Below, piece by piece: positions 1 to 9,888 of a stretch of DNA of 64,000 bases. How positions within the stretch are numbered: position 1 is the first letter of the stretch; each line of letters starts with the position of its first letter. Below the pieces are notes generated by a model. It was not told the DNA's origin and did not search any database. It was given only the letters and a program-made list of their open reading frames with translations. A program made the translations under genes and the position numbers. This DNA is from Octopus sinensis (lineage: Eukaryota): positions 90,458,001 through 90,522,000 of the forward strand of contig NC_042999.1 of NCBI RefSeq assembly GCF_006345805.1, written 5' to 3'.

Positions 1-580
1 TAAAAAAATTATTACCTTTGTATGGTATTTTTTCCATGCTGGCCACTTGATAATATCGATATTTAAATATCGATATTATCCTTATTTATAAATTTATATA
101 ATTCGTCACTATATTCACTGTGGTGTTTATTTTGACCATATCGTGCTTATGGGGTATTTTGGCGGGAAATTTTAACTGGCCTTGTACATACGTGAATATA
201 TATATATATGCATGGATGTTCGTATATGTAAGTATAACATTTGTTCTGCATATATTTATTTGTATTTATGTGCCTATCTGATATATTCAACTGACGAGGC
301 AAAGCTTATTTAAAGCAAAGCTAGAAATCCGAGATCTTGAATTATTCAGTAATATTTTTTGCTAGTCTATTTTGTCCCTCTGTCTTATCTCATGGTGCGA
401 TATGAACATTTAACGTGGTTCTTAGAGTCAGGGTTTTGACTGCTATTTTGGCATGGTGGTGTCTCTCAGACCCCCTTATTTTTAGTTGTAGAAAAATTAT
501 TACCTTTGTATGGTATTTTTTCCCATGCTGGCCACTTGATAACTTGATAATATCGATATTATCCTTATTATAAATTTATA
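1..580 (+). mobile_element. Penelope-like element terminal (pseudo-LTR-like) repeat with terminal redundancy
   Basis: Bases ~8-100 recur at ~496-580 (period 488). The unit contains a hammerhead motif (278-349) and abuts a (TA)n tract. The PLE assignment is inferred from this architecture. Confidence 0.55.
278..349 (+). ncRNA. Type I hammerhead ribozyme-like motif
   Basis: ATTCAA-CTGACGA-stem II (298-322)-A-GAAA-TC CGA GAT-C-TTGAAT: 6-bp stem I, 3-bp stem III, AUC triplet, one extra A before GAAA. Confidence 0.6.
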
Positions 581-591
581 TATGTATATAT

Positions 592-644
<53 letters not shown>
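577..644. repeat. (TA)n microsatellite
   Basis: Direct reading. Confidence 0.95.
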
Positions 645-647
<3 letters not shown>

Positions 648-2058
648 GCTATATCAATGTCCAGGTTCAGCTATTTGTAAATATTCGTAAGCATAATGCC
701 ATGGAAACAGGAGGTAACCATTTGTGGGCTGAAGAGATAGATCAGCAAAAAGAAAATAGCATTACTGATAATAAATATGCTGGGACCAGTTTGACTATGA
801 TTCGCTCTTTTTAAAATTGGCCTTTTATCCAACTGAAGCATAAGTAAATTCTGTTAAGAACAGAATGATCAAACAAATTAAATTTTGCATAAAAAAATAG
901 GAGGGCTATGTGATTTTCATGCATCTCTCATGTTACTGATGTGTGAGAATAGAAGTATTTAATTGAAAATATAAACTAGGTCATACACTTTCAGTTTGTT
1001 TCAACATTTCCTCTCCACTAGAATGTTTTTATGCATGATACTTGTTCACAATCGTAATTTTCAAATTCAATATGCTTTAGAACTAATCCAGAAAAGATAC
1101 CCCTTGGGTGACAAATACTTGAGATACATTAATGAATAGAAAATAAAAGAGTAATTTGCTGATAATTGCTGTAGCGGCTAACTATACTTCATTTCTGGTA
1201 ACAAGTGGTAAATAATCTTATCTTTTTTTTCTCATTTTACTTTTTTGCATCCATTTCCTCATAATTGCCATAGTGGAATGGCTTTTATCAGAGCAATTAG
1301 TTTTACAATTAGATAGCCTTACTATCATTAGCTATTCAAATGTGAAACAAGAATGTAATCTGTCCTTTGTCAGTCAGGTAAACTGGAGCAAGCAGATCTT
1401 ATGTGTATTGCTCAGGGTATAACACAATAATTGTATCAAGATTCGATACTTTTATGATACCAACCTGCCTGAAACCCAGAGATATACAATACAAACTTCT
1501 TGTTTTAAACTGATATGAATTAAAACCTCCCGACAAAATTTCATGTTAATTTATGTTTCAAGCATCAGTTTAATAATAACAGTTATTTTACTAAATTTTT
1601 CATTATTATTTTCAAAATTAATTATATTGAAAGCAGAGTGAAATATGATAATGACAGAGTGTAAAATTACATGTATTAAAGTAGAGTTAGCTTTTGCTTG
1701 ATTGAAACCATTGACATCTCCCACTTGAAAGGTTTGCTTCATAACGTGCTATATTGTGCTATCAGAATAACCATTTCATCAAAGGCTAGTTCTTTGGATT
1801 TGTTTCTGTCACATTCCTAGCCATAACATGTTTTATTTTCAGGGCTTTTATTAAATATAAAGAAAACTATTGAAACAAATCTAAAACCATAGACTTTGGT
1901 GAAATTCTTATTTTAATAACACACAAACACATGCAACCAAGCACATATATGATGTATGTATGATATGCAGCTTGAGGTACGTAAACAAAATTGAACAGAC
2001 ATATACCCTCCTGTGTATGTGTGTTCGATTTTGTTTATATACTTCAAGCTGCTTCTAA

Positions 2059-2060
<2 letters not shown>

Positions 2061-2092
<32 letters not shown>

Positions 2093-2862
2093 CCATCATA
2101 ATCATCATCATTTAACGTCTATTTACCATGCTGGCATGGGTCGGACAGTTTGACTGAAAACTAGTAAGCTGGGGAGCTGCACCAGTTTTCAGTCTGATTT
2201 GGCCTGGTTTCCACAGCTGGATGCCCTTCCTAACATCAATCACTCCGAGAGTGTAGTGAGTGCTCTTTATGCATCACTGGCATGGGTGCCAGTTACAAAA
2301 CATCGGCATTGGCCATGACTACAATCTCACTTGGCTTGACAGGTCTTCTCAAGCACAGTATATTGCAAAAGGTCTTGGTCACTGGTCACTGACTGTGTGA
2401 AGCCCGAATTTCAAGGGTGCTTTCTACATGCCACTGGCATGGGTGCCAGGGGCATGTAGAACATGGCTGGCTTGATGGGCCTTCTCAAGCACAGCATGTT
2501 GCCCAACGTTCGAAGGTTGCTTTTTACATACAACCGGCACAAGTGACTACACGATATTGGCATTGGCCATAACAGTGATTTCATTTGGCTTGATGAGTCT
2601 TCTCAAGCATGGCATATTGCCAAAGGTCTCAGTCACTTATTATTGCCTCCGTGAGGCCCAATGTTTGAAGATCATGCTTCACCACCTTGTCCCATGTCTT
2701 CCTGCATCTACCTCTTCCACAGGATCCCTCCACAGTTAGAGATTGGCACTTCTTCACACAGCTATCCTTGTCCATATGCAATACATGACCATACCAGTGC
2801 AGTTGTCTCTCTTGTGTACCACATCTGATACCTCTTATGCCCAACTATTTGAATTCTTCCAT
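2061..2862 (-). mobile_element. RTE-clade LINE 3' fragment (RT C-terminus, 3' UTR and (GAT)n tail)
   Basis: ORF 2629-2844 (GIRGIRCGTQERQLHWYGHVLHM...GRGRCRKTW) is an RTE C-terminal signature and resembles the end of the element at 62.9-63.2 kb. (CAT)n tail at 2061-2110. Confidence 0.85.
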
Positions 2863-3219
2863 GACATAACATGTTGGGATATGCCAGCAGATGGTGTCTA
2901 AACCATTTAACATATAATCATAGTTTGTGATATAGCTTTCAGCGGGCCTTGACTAATGTGTGGCATTGATAAGTCAAAACAAAGAAAAACATCAATGTCT
3001 GTCGCTCCAAGAAAGAACTTAATGTGAGTTGTCTTGCTTGACTGTAACTTACTTTCAGATGCTTTTTTTGCACCAGGCACATAGAGAATATATTCTCTTG
3101 TGCCTAAAAAGTGCAGCTGACCAACGAACTAACAATACACATACCCTGTGTATGCGTGTTTGATTTTGTTTATACACATACACACACACACATGTACATA
3201 TACATACCAACATATAAAG

Positions 3220-3254
<35 letters not shown>

Positions 3255-4133
3255 TATATATGGTTTTGTTGTGAAGTTTCATAACCAACAAAGCACATCA
3301 GCTCATAGGATACCAGAAATAGCTAGGTACATTAACATAGAGCTCATAGTGAAATAAATAATGCTACAAATTAGATAAGTACATGTGTTGGTAGTATATG
3401 CAAGTCCCAAATCCAATTTAAACCATACATCTGATTCAGGGTGGAGTTCTTGGTGTGGTGTAATTATAGAAGATAAATGCAAATATCATTAACATCCACT
3501 TTTCCATGCTCACAGAGTTAAGCAAAAACAATATGCTCAAAATAATAACTAAGATATATATTAAAATAGATATGTATCTTGACTGCCTCTAATTAAAGGT
3601 CTTAAGCATTGATTTGTATGAGTACAATTTTGTTAGTCTGGAAAGGCAGACAATAGCCTTGTATGAGTATATGTGTATATTTCAGTTGGTTACAGGTAGA
3701 AAAAAACAAACAAAAAATAAATAAATAAAACCAAAGAGCCATATTTTGGTGGGGAGGGTGTGCAAAAATCTTCACACAGTGAAAAGTAGAGAAATATAAC
3801 GTGATAAAGTAGATGAATTTTCCTGAACTCTCTACATGAAACATGCATAAGATTGCTCAGATGACTTTATTCTTTGTATGTATAAACTGTCAAAACTTAA
3901 GACTCTATGTCTGAGATAAATGAAGATTTTAATTTCTTTTGATATGTATCCAAGTTGTTTGTTTTGCAGGTATAACTGACTAATACACTGAGTACCTTTT
4001 TCTGTCAACATAAAAATCAACATGTACAAGAATATACTTTATGAAATATCCATCCATCCATCAATCCATCCATCCAAAGCTACCTGTTCACCCACATGTT
4101 TGCCAACTCAACCATCCAAGCATGGGTGTGGTA

Positions 4134-4300
4134 GGTGCAGGTATAGCTGTGTAGTTAAGAAATTCTCTTTGCAATCACATGATTTTAGGCTTGGACGCAC
4201 TGCATGGCACTTTGAACAAATATTTTTTACTATAGCCTTGAGCTGACCAAAGCCATCTGAATGGATTTGGTAGACAAAAACTTAAAGAAACCCATCATAC
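4134..4300 (+). mobile_element. tRNA-derived SINE family A, 5' part
   Basis: Head GGTGCAGG..GCTGTG..TAAG and body GGATTTGGTAGAC..AAAGAA shared with many copies in the window. Confidence 0.75.
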
Positions 4301-4314
4301 AAACATGCATACAT

Positions 4315-4352
<38 letters not shown>

Positions 4353-4442
4353 TGCTGAAGTGATGCAACTTCAGCAATGTAACTGCAGACGTGGTGTTGG
4401 GGATCTTTTTCTTTCTTTGGACTTTTCCCTTTTCTTTTTTCC

Positions 4443-4475
4443 TTTCTGATGAAGAGCTATGCTTGAAACATCAAA
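4443..4475 (+). ncRNA. Degenerate minimal hammerhead-like motif
   Basis: TTT-CTGATGA-A-GAGC TAT GCTT-GAA-ACAT-C-AAA. Two CpG-type transitions away from GCTC GAAACGTC. Confidence 0.45.
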
Positions 4476-4946
4476 ACCTCTCCTTTTTACTGTGCATCAA
4501 ACTAATATATTCCATGTGCATGTCCTCTTGTTTGTTATCGTTATTTTTGATGTACATAGTCAAGAACAGTAAGTTATTCAATTAAATATACTAAACACCC
4601 TTTAGAATTTCCTTGAAACAAGTCAGTTTTGTAAAGAGAAGTGTTAGATTTCAACCCTAAAATGTTACATGTACTTATCTAATTTGTAGCATTTATTTTA
4701 CTTGGAAAGATAAAATAGTAAATATCTATCTGTCTGAGATTTGAACTCAGAAATTTGAGCCCCTATGATAATGGTGCTTTATCAAGTTTGTTCAGAGAAC
4801 TATGAAACCAGCTTCTCTATATTGAAATAGAGACTAGAACCAATGTTTCCTTGTGGCAGGCTTGAAAATTGTAGAGATCCCCACTACATGAAACCATTAG
4901 TAGTCTTGTTAACCTACAAATAAAATATATATATATAAATTATATA

Positions 4947-5343
4947 GGTGCAGGTATAGCTGTGTAATAAGAAACTTGCTTCCTAGCCACACGATTCTGG
5001 GTTCAGTCCCACTGGGTGATACCTTGGGCAAATGTTCTACTATAATGTCGAGCTGACCAAAGCCTTGTGAATGGATTTGATAGATGGAAACAGAAAGAAG
5101 CTTGTCATATACATATATGCATATATCTATGTGTGTCTTTGTGTCTGTTTGTCCCCCCCCACTGCTTGACATCTGGTGTTGGTGTGTTTACATCCCCACA
5201 ACTTAGCAGTTTGGCAAAAGAGACCAATATAATAAGTACTAGGCTTAAAAAAATAAGTCTTGGGGTGAATTAATTTGACTTAAAAAAACCCCTGCAAGGT
5301 GGTGCCCCAGCATGTCCCCAGTCAAATGATAGAAACAAATAAA

Positions 5344-5344
<1 letters not shown>
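4947..5344 (+). mobile_element. tRNA-derived SINE family A, full length
   Basis: A-box-like head, B-box-like GGTTCAGTCCC, conserved body and 3' tail ending CAGTCAAATGA.AGAAACAAATAAAA. Confidence 0.85.
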
Positions 5345-5377
<33 letters not shown>

Positions 5378-5979
5378 GGAGAGAAAAAGGAGAGGGAGAG
5401 AGAGAAAGAGAAAGTAAGAGAAGAATAGAGGGGGACAGGAAGAGAGAAATAAAGATACACTGACATACACATACCTATATATTAATTTGTATGAAAATTC
5501 ATTAGTGATCAGTTAATTGACAACAGAAATATGAAAATAAAGTCATTTGAGAATTAAGAGACCCAATTACAGACAGTAAAACTATTTACAGTGACATGTC
5601 ACTCACAGAATACTCTGAAAATGTAATATGATTCAATTTCACGATGCCTTCTGACATCCAGTTTTTACTGTTGTATATTCATTCAGTCATTAAACAGAAA
5701 TATTCAGGACATAATAAATATATTTAATAATTGAAGCTGAGAAAAAAACAAAAACGAAAAGAAATTGGGCAATGTCATCATAAATTGCAGTATCGCTTTC
5801 TTAATTATCTCCTGTTTTGAACAATTACATTAATTGGTAAAAGAATAATTTCATGTTTGTATGTGTTTTCAAGCCATACCAGCATGAAAAATAGAAAAAC
5901 AAATGTAAAATAATGAAGATAATGATAGTGATGATTAATGCTGATCATAATAAAATATTTATGCATATTTAATGAATGT

Positions 5980-6016
5980 GAGTGTGTGTGTGTATTTGTA
6001 CATATATATGTATGTG

Positions 6017-6100
<84 letters not shown>

Positions 6101-6258
6101 GTGTGTGTGTTTATATATGTATATAAGCACACACATATACATATTTACTCATATAAAATACATATATATATATATGTATATACAAATACACATGTATGTA
6201 CAGATACACATACATACATACATACATACATACATACATACATACATACATAAATACA
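5980..6258. repeat. Compound (TG)/(TA)/(ACAT)n microsatellite
   Basis: Direct reading. Confidence 0.9.
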
Positions 6259-6413
6259 TAGTTAAATAAGATTCTGGTAAAAACCTTGTAGTAAGCAATG
6301 CAAAGCTTGTCAACAGGTATTGGCCACCTCATGTCATCAAACAGTAGAAACTCTCTTGTTACTTGGTATACATCAGGAATTCCATAATATCCGAAGAGTT
6401 TATATAAATAGAT

Positions 6414-6925
6414 AAATGATAGAAGATGGAATGAATAACATTCTTTAGTTAAAATCCCTACAATTGTTTCAGCACATTTTTACACCTGTAGTACATTGGT
6501 GAGATGTGTACTCTAAAAGTTAATTTGATTCTTCATTCTGTTTTGCACTTTCTTCCTTATAATCTGACCATGAAAATTGAACTGTAATTTATAATCAACC
6601 TCACCCATTTTTTGTCTATTTCTTTGTTTCTGTATTTTGTTTATAACTGTATTTTTGTCTGTCATTATACCTATGGGTTTAGTTTTGTCTGTAAGCTGCA
6701 GACAGTAACACTGTTTTGGGTATGAATTCACATGCTGAGTGAAATGACAGTAGGATCTAACAAAGGATTTATTTAAACAACCACCTGCAGAGGCACATCT
6801 TATACCTTCGATGGACAATAATGATTACACAACATTTCACCAATGTACTACAAGTGTAAAAATGTGCCAAAACAATTGTAGTAATTTTAAACAAAGAATG
6901 TCATTCATTTCATTTTCTATCATTT
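6414..6925. repeat. Fold-back / MITE-like element with 94-bp inverted arms
   Basis: 6414-6507 versus the reverse complement of 6832-6925: 83/94 identical by manual alignment. Confidence 0.85.
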
Positions 6926-7284
6926 GCATACATACATACATACACATACATACATACATACATACATACATACATACATACATACATACATACATACATG
7001 CATACATATATTTTTGACAGGAGATTTGGCTGTTATCATACTGCTGGACATCTGTTACTGAGGAACCCATGGCAGGATGAAATCATGTGATCTGGCAGTT
7101 CTGGCAGCTGTAGCAGACAATTTGTATCTGTCAATAATATAATTTCGAGTATTTTTATGCACCATGAGTCCTTATGAGAGATTCTCTCAAGGTAAATAAT
7201 GCAGTATTCTGTGTTCTAACACAACCTCCATGTGAAATTGGAGATGAAGATTACCCTTAGGTATTAATACTGCTTCTGTCACTA

Positions 7285-7331
<47 letters not shown>

Positions 7332-7333
7332 AT

Positions 7334-8380
7334 AATAATATTAGGGAATAAATCCAAACTTACAGGGAAAAATTAGATTTAGGATTAAATTCAATTTTAT
7401 AGTATAAATATATTATATTATATTATATTGAATTAGAGATAAAACCACTATTAGGCAAATCAAACAGTGAAAAACATAAGCCAATACAGAAAATTAATTT
7501 TAAAATATAAAAGTTAAAAATAAAAAATCATTTAAATAATTTAAACTTATAAATTTTATATATATATACAAATATATATATATATATGTATGTACGTATA
7601 TTTTTTTTTATATTTATATATTATTTTATTTATATATTATTTTATTAATTAATTAATTAATTTTTTTTTATATATCAAAAGTAATAAAAGATAAAGAGTA
7701 AAACACTACGATCGTTTCATGGCTGTACCAATTCGAATAACAATAATTTAAATTCAATTAATAATTCGAGTTATGGTTACAGTCAATCTTCAGGTTAATT
7801 GAAATATTTAAAAAATAATCAGAAATATTTAAACAATATTTTTAAGATATAAATAATATAATAATTTTACTTATAATAAACTCTATTATCAAACTAGAAA
7901 CTTAAAACTTAACAATTATGATTATATCAAAATCGATTATAATGTTAAATATTAATTTTAATTTATAAGGTAGGAAACCCACCAATAATCTAATATCAGT
8001 AATAGTCTATATCTAATTACATAAATATATTTTTTTTAAAATTACTATTATATATAAATTATCAATGAAAATATATAAATGTATATAAATATTATAATTA
8101 AGATCTAAAATAATCTCTATAAATAAATATATATGCACATATAATAAAAACCTAATAAATTAATTTTTAATATTTAAAGATGAAATAGCTAATTTCAAAA
8201 ATACAAACAAACAAACTTAAACGAACTTCGGGAAATCTTATGTAAAATACTTATAGAAATAATCAATTCGTAGTTATATAGTATCGAATAAATACTATAA
8301 ATACTATAAATATAATTATCAATGGGAATAACTAGCGAATATCAATTTAAAAAGACAATAACTAAGTTATGCTATTAATA
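7334..8380 (-). mobile_element. Extremely AT-rich interspersed repeat between (TA)n tracts, probably PLE-derived
   Basis: Flanked on both sides by (TA)n and carries a minus-strand hammerhead motif. No recognisable ORF. Confidence 0.45.
7704..7796 (-). ncRNA. Type I hammerhead-like motif with long stem II and palindromic stem III
   Basis: Minus strand: AAC-CTGAAGA-T-TGACTGTAACC...GGTACAGCCA-T-GAA-ACGATCGT-A-GTG. Stem I is weak (AAC/GTG). Confidence 0.5.
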
Positions 8381-8551
8381 TGTATGTATATATATATATT
8401 TATGTGTATATGACCACTTAGTGGACATCCATATGCTAGAAGTTGACCCCCTATGATCTTACCACTAAGAAAGGAATGTTCTCAAGAAAATTTAGCAAAT
8501 GCCAGAATGTAATGAGCAAGACAAATGAAAAGATACAAAATATACAGATTA

Positions 8552-8622
8552 ATCACAAACCAGTTTCGTTGTTACCACTTACATAATCACTTACATAGAT
8601 GTCTCCAGTTCGTCAGTGTGAT
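8552..8622 (-). ncRNA. Degenerate type I hammerhead-like motif
   Basis: Minus strand: ATCACA-CTGACGA-[42 nt, stem II decayed]-GAA-ACTGGT-T-TGTGAT. Perfect 6-bp stem I. Confidence 0.45.
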
Positions 8623-8661
8623 CGTCATAGGAAAATATAATTTGCAGAACTATACACTACT

Positions 8662-8799
8662 GTAAATGTTGATGAGAAAGCATTAGAAGCTGTATCCTCC
8701 TTCACTTATCTTGGTTCCATTGTGTTCAGTGGTGCTAAGATGGATAAAGAAATTTAGTCCATAATCAAGAAGGCTAGTTCCACTTTTGGTAAGCTTTAT
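8662..8799 (+). pseudogene. RTE LINE reverse transcriptase fragment
   Basis: VNVDEKALEAVSSFTYLGSIVFSGAKMDKEI*SIIKKASSTFGKLY, the F.YLGS...KAS..FG.L motif of RTE RTs. Confidence 0.75.
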
Positions 8800-8805
8800 A
8801 TTAAT

Positions 8806-8982
8806 ACTTTTATTCTTTTATTTGTTTCAGTCATTTGACTGCAGCCATGCTGAGCACCACCTTTAGTCAAAGAAATCAACCCCAGGCCTTATTCTTTGTA
8901 AGCCTAGCACTTATTCTATTGCTCTCTTTTGCTGAACTACTAAGTTACAGGGGTATAAATACACCAAAATTGGTTGTCAAGT
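8806..8982 (-). mobile_element. SINE family A, 3' part
   Basis: Reverse complement of the tail seen at 5160-5344. Confidence 0.75.
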
Positions 8983-9043
8983 GAGTAAGCAGACTTCCAC
9001 AGGCCAAATTCACATACATCTTGAAAAAAGTCTTTTACTCCCC

Positions 9044-9196
9044 TCATACAAGTATGTTCAAAGTTCACAATAAACAGATATCACCAGTCAAATTCATACA
9101 AGTATGTTCAAAGTTCACAATAAACAGATATCACCAGTCAAATTCATACAAGTAAGTTCAAAGTTCACAATAAACAGATATCATCTGTCAAATTCA
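9044..9196. repeat. Three tandem copies of a 50-bp unit
   Basis: TCATACAAGTATGTTCAAAGTTCACAATAAACAGATATCACCAGTCAAAT starts at 9044, 9094 and 9144. Confidence 0.95.
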
Positions 9197-9207
9197 ATAT
9201 TCACATA

Positions 9208-9272
9208 TATCTATGGCCATTTCAGGAGCTCACCACTGTAGCTCAGTGTGATGACCCCCCCTCATCAGGATA
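9208..9272 (-). ncRNA. Type I hammerhead ribozyme motif with intact core
   Basis: Minus strand: TATC-CTGATGA-GGGGGGG TCATC AC ACTG AGCTA CAGT GGTGA GCTCCT-GAA-ATGGCCAT-A-GATA. All core bases are canonical and stem III is palindromic. Confidence 0.72.
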
Positions 9273-9404
9273 AACATGAAACATGCACAGATCAAAACTT
9301 TTATGAAAAGCTTATACCTTTTAATGAAAAGCTTATATAATTTAAGAAGAACCCATCAGCAGACTAGTCCAAATTTCCTATAGAAATTTTCTCATGACAA
9401 ACAA

Positions 9405-9575
9405 AACTTTTATAACCTCAAAACCTATAGGAATCCACCATCCAACCCTGTTCTTGCTAAATTTGAACATGACCTTATGAATTTGATTAAATGGTTGAAG
9501 TTCTCCAAATACATGAATCTCTTCCAGAAACTCCTGCCTGATAAAATAACTGCAATGAAATCATCTCCTGATTAG
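9405..9575 (+). pseudogene. Penelope-like retroelement ORF fragment (region upstream of the RT core)
   Basis: NFYNLKTYRNPPSNPVLAKFEHDLMNLIKWLKFSKYMNLFQKLLPDKITAMKSSPD* resembles the PP...L..FE.DL..L...(I/L).F....N.FQ..L pattern I recall from invertebrate PLE proteins. Lies next to a hammerhead motif. Confidence 0.6.
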
Positions 9576-9800
9576 CACAGTCTATCAAATAAAATTAGAC
9601 GTGTTTAAAAAAATAATAATAAACACCATTCTAGACAAAATACAGTGTAAACAAGGCCATGTGTGTCTATTAGAGTACAATGTAACGACTTCACTAGCAT
9701 AAGAAAACCATAGAGGGTTATACGTGTACATATTCTTGTGGTGCACCTGAGCACTGTATACAATAATTTCATTATCATAATAGTATTATTGAAAAGTGAG

Positions 9801-9888
<88 letters not shown>

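Noticed and set aside
6513-6818. 101-aa minus-strand ORF as a host exon or gene
   Set aside because: TTG start, no convincing splice sites, no recognisable domain, and it lies within the spacer of a fold-back repeat.
9044-9196. CRISPR-like array
   Set aside because: Contiguous tandem units with no unique spacers, eukaryotic context and no cas genes.
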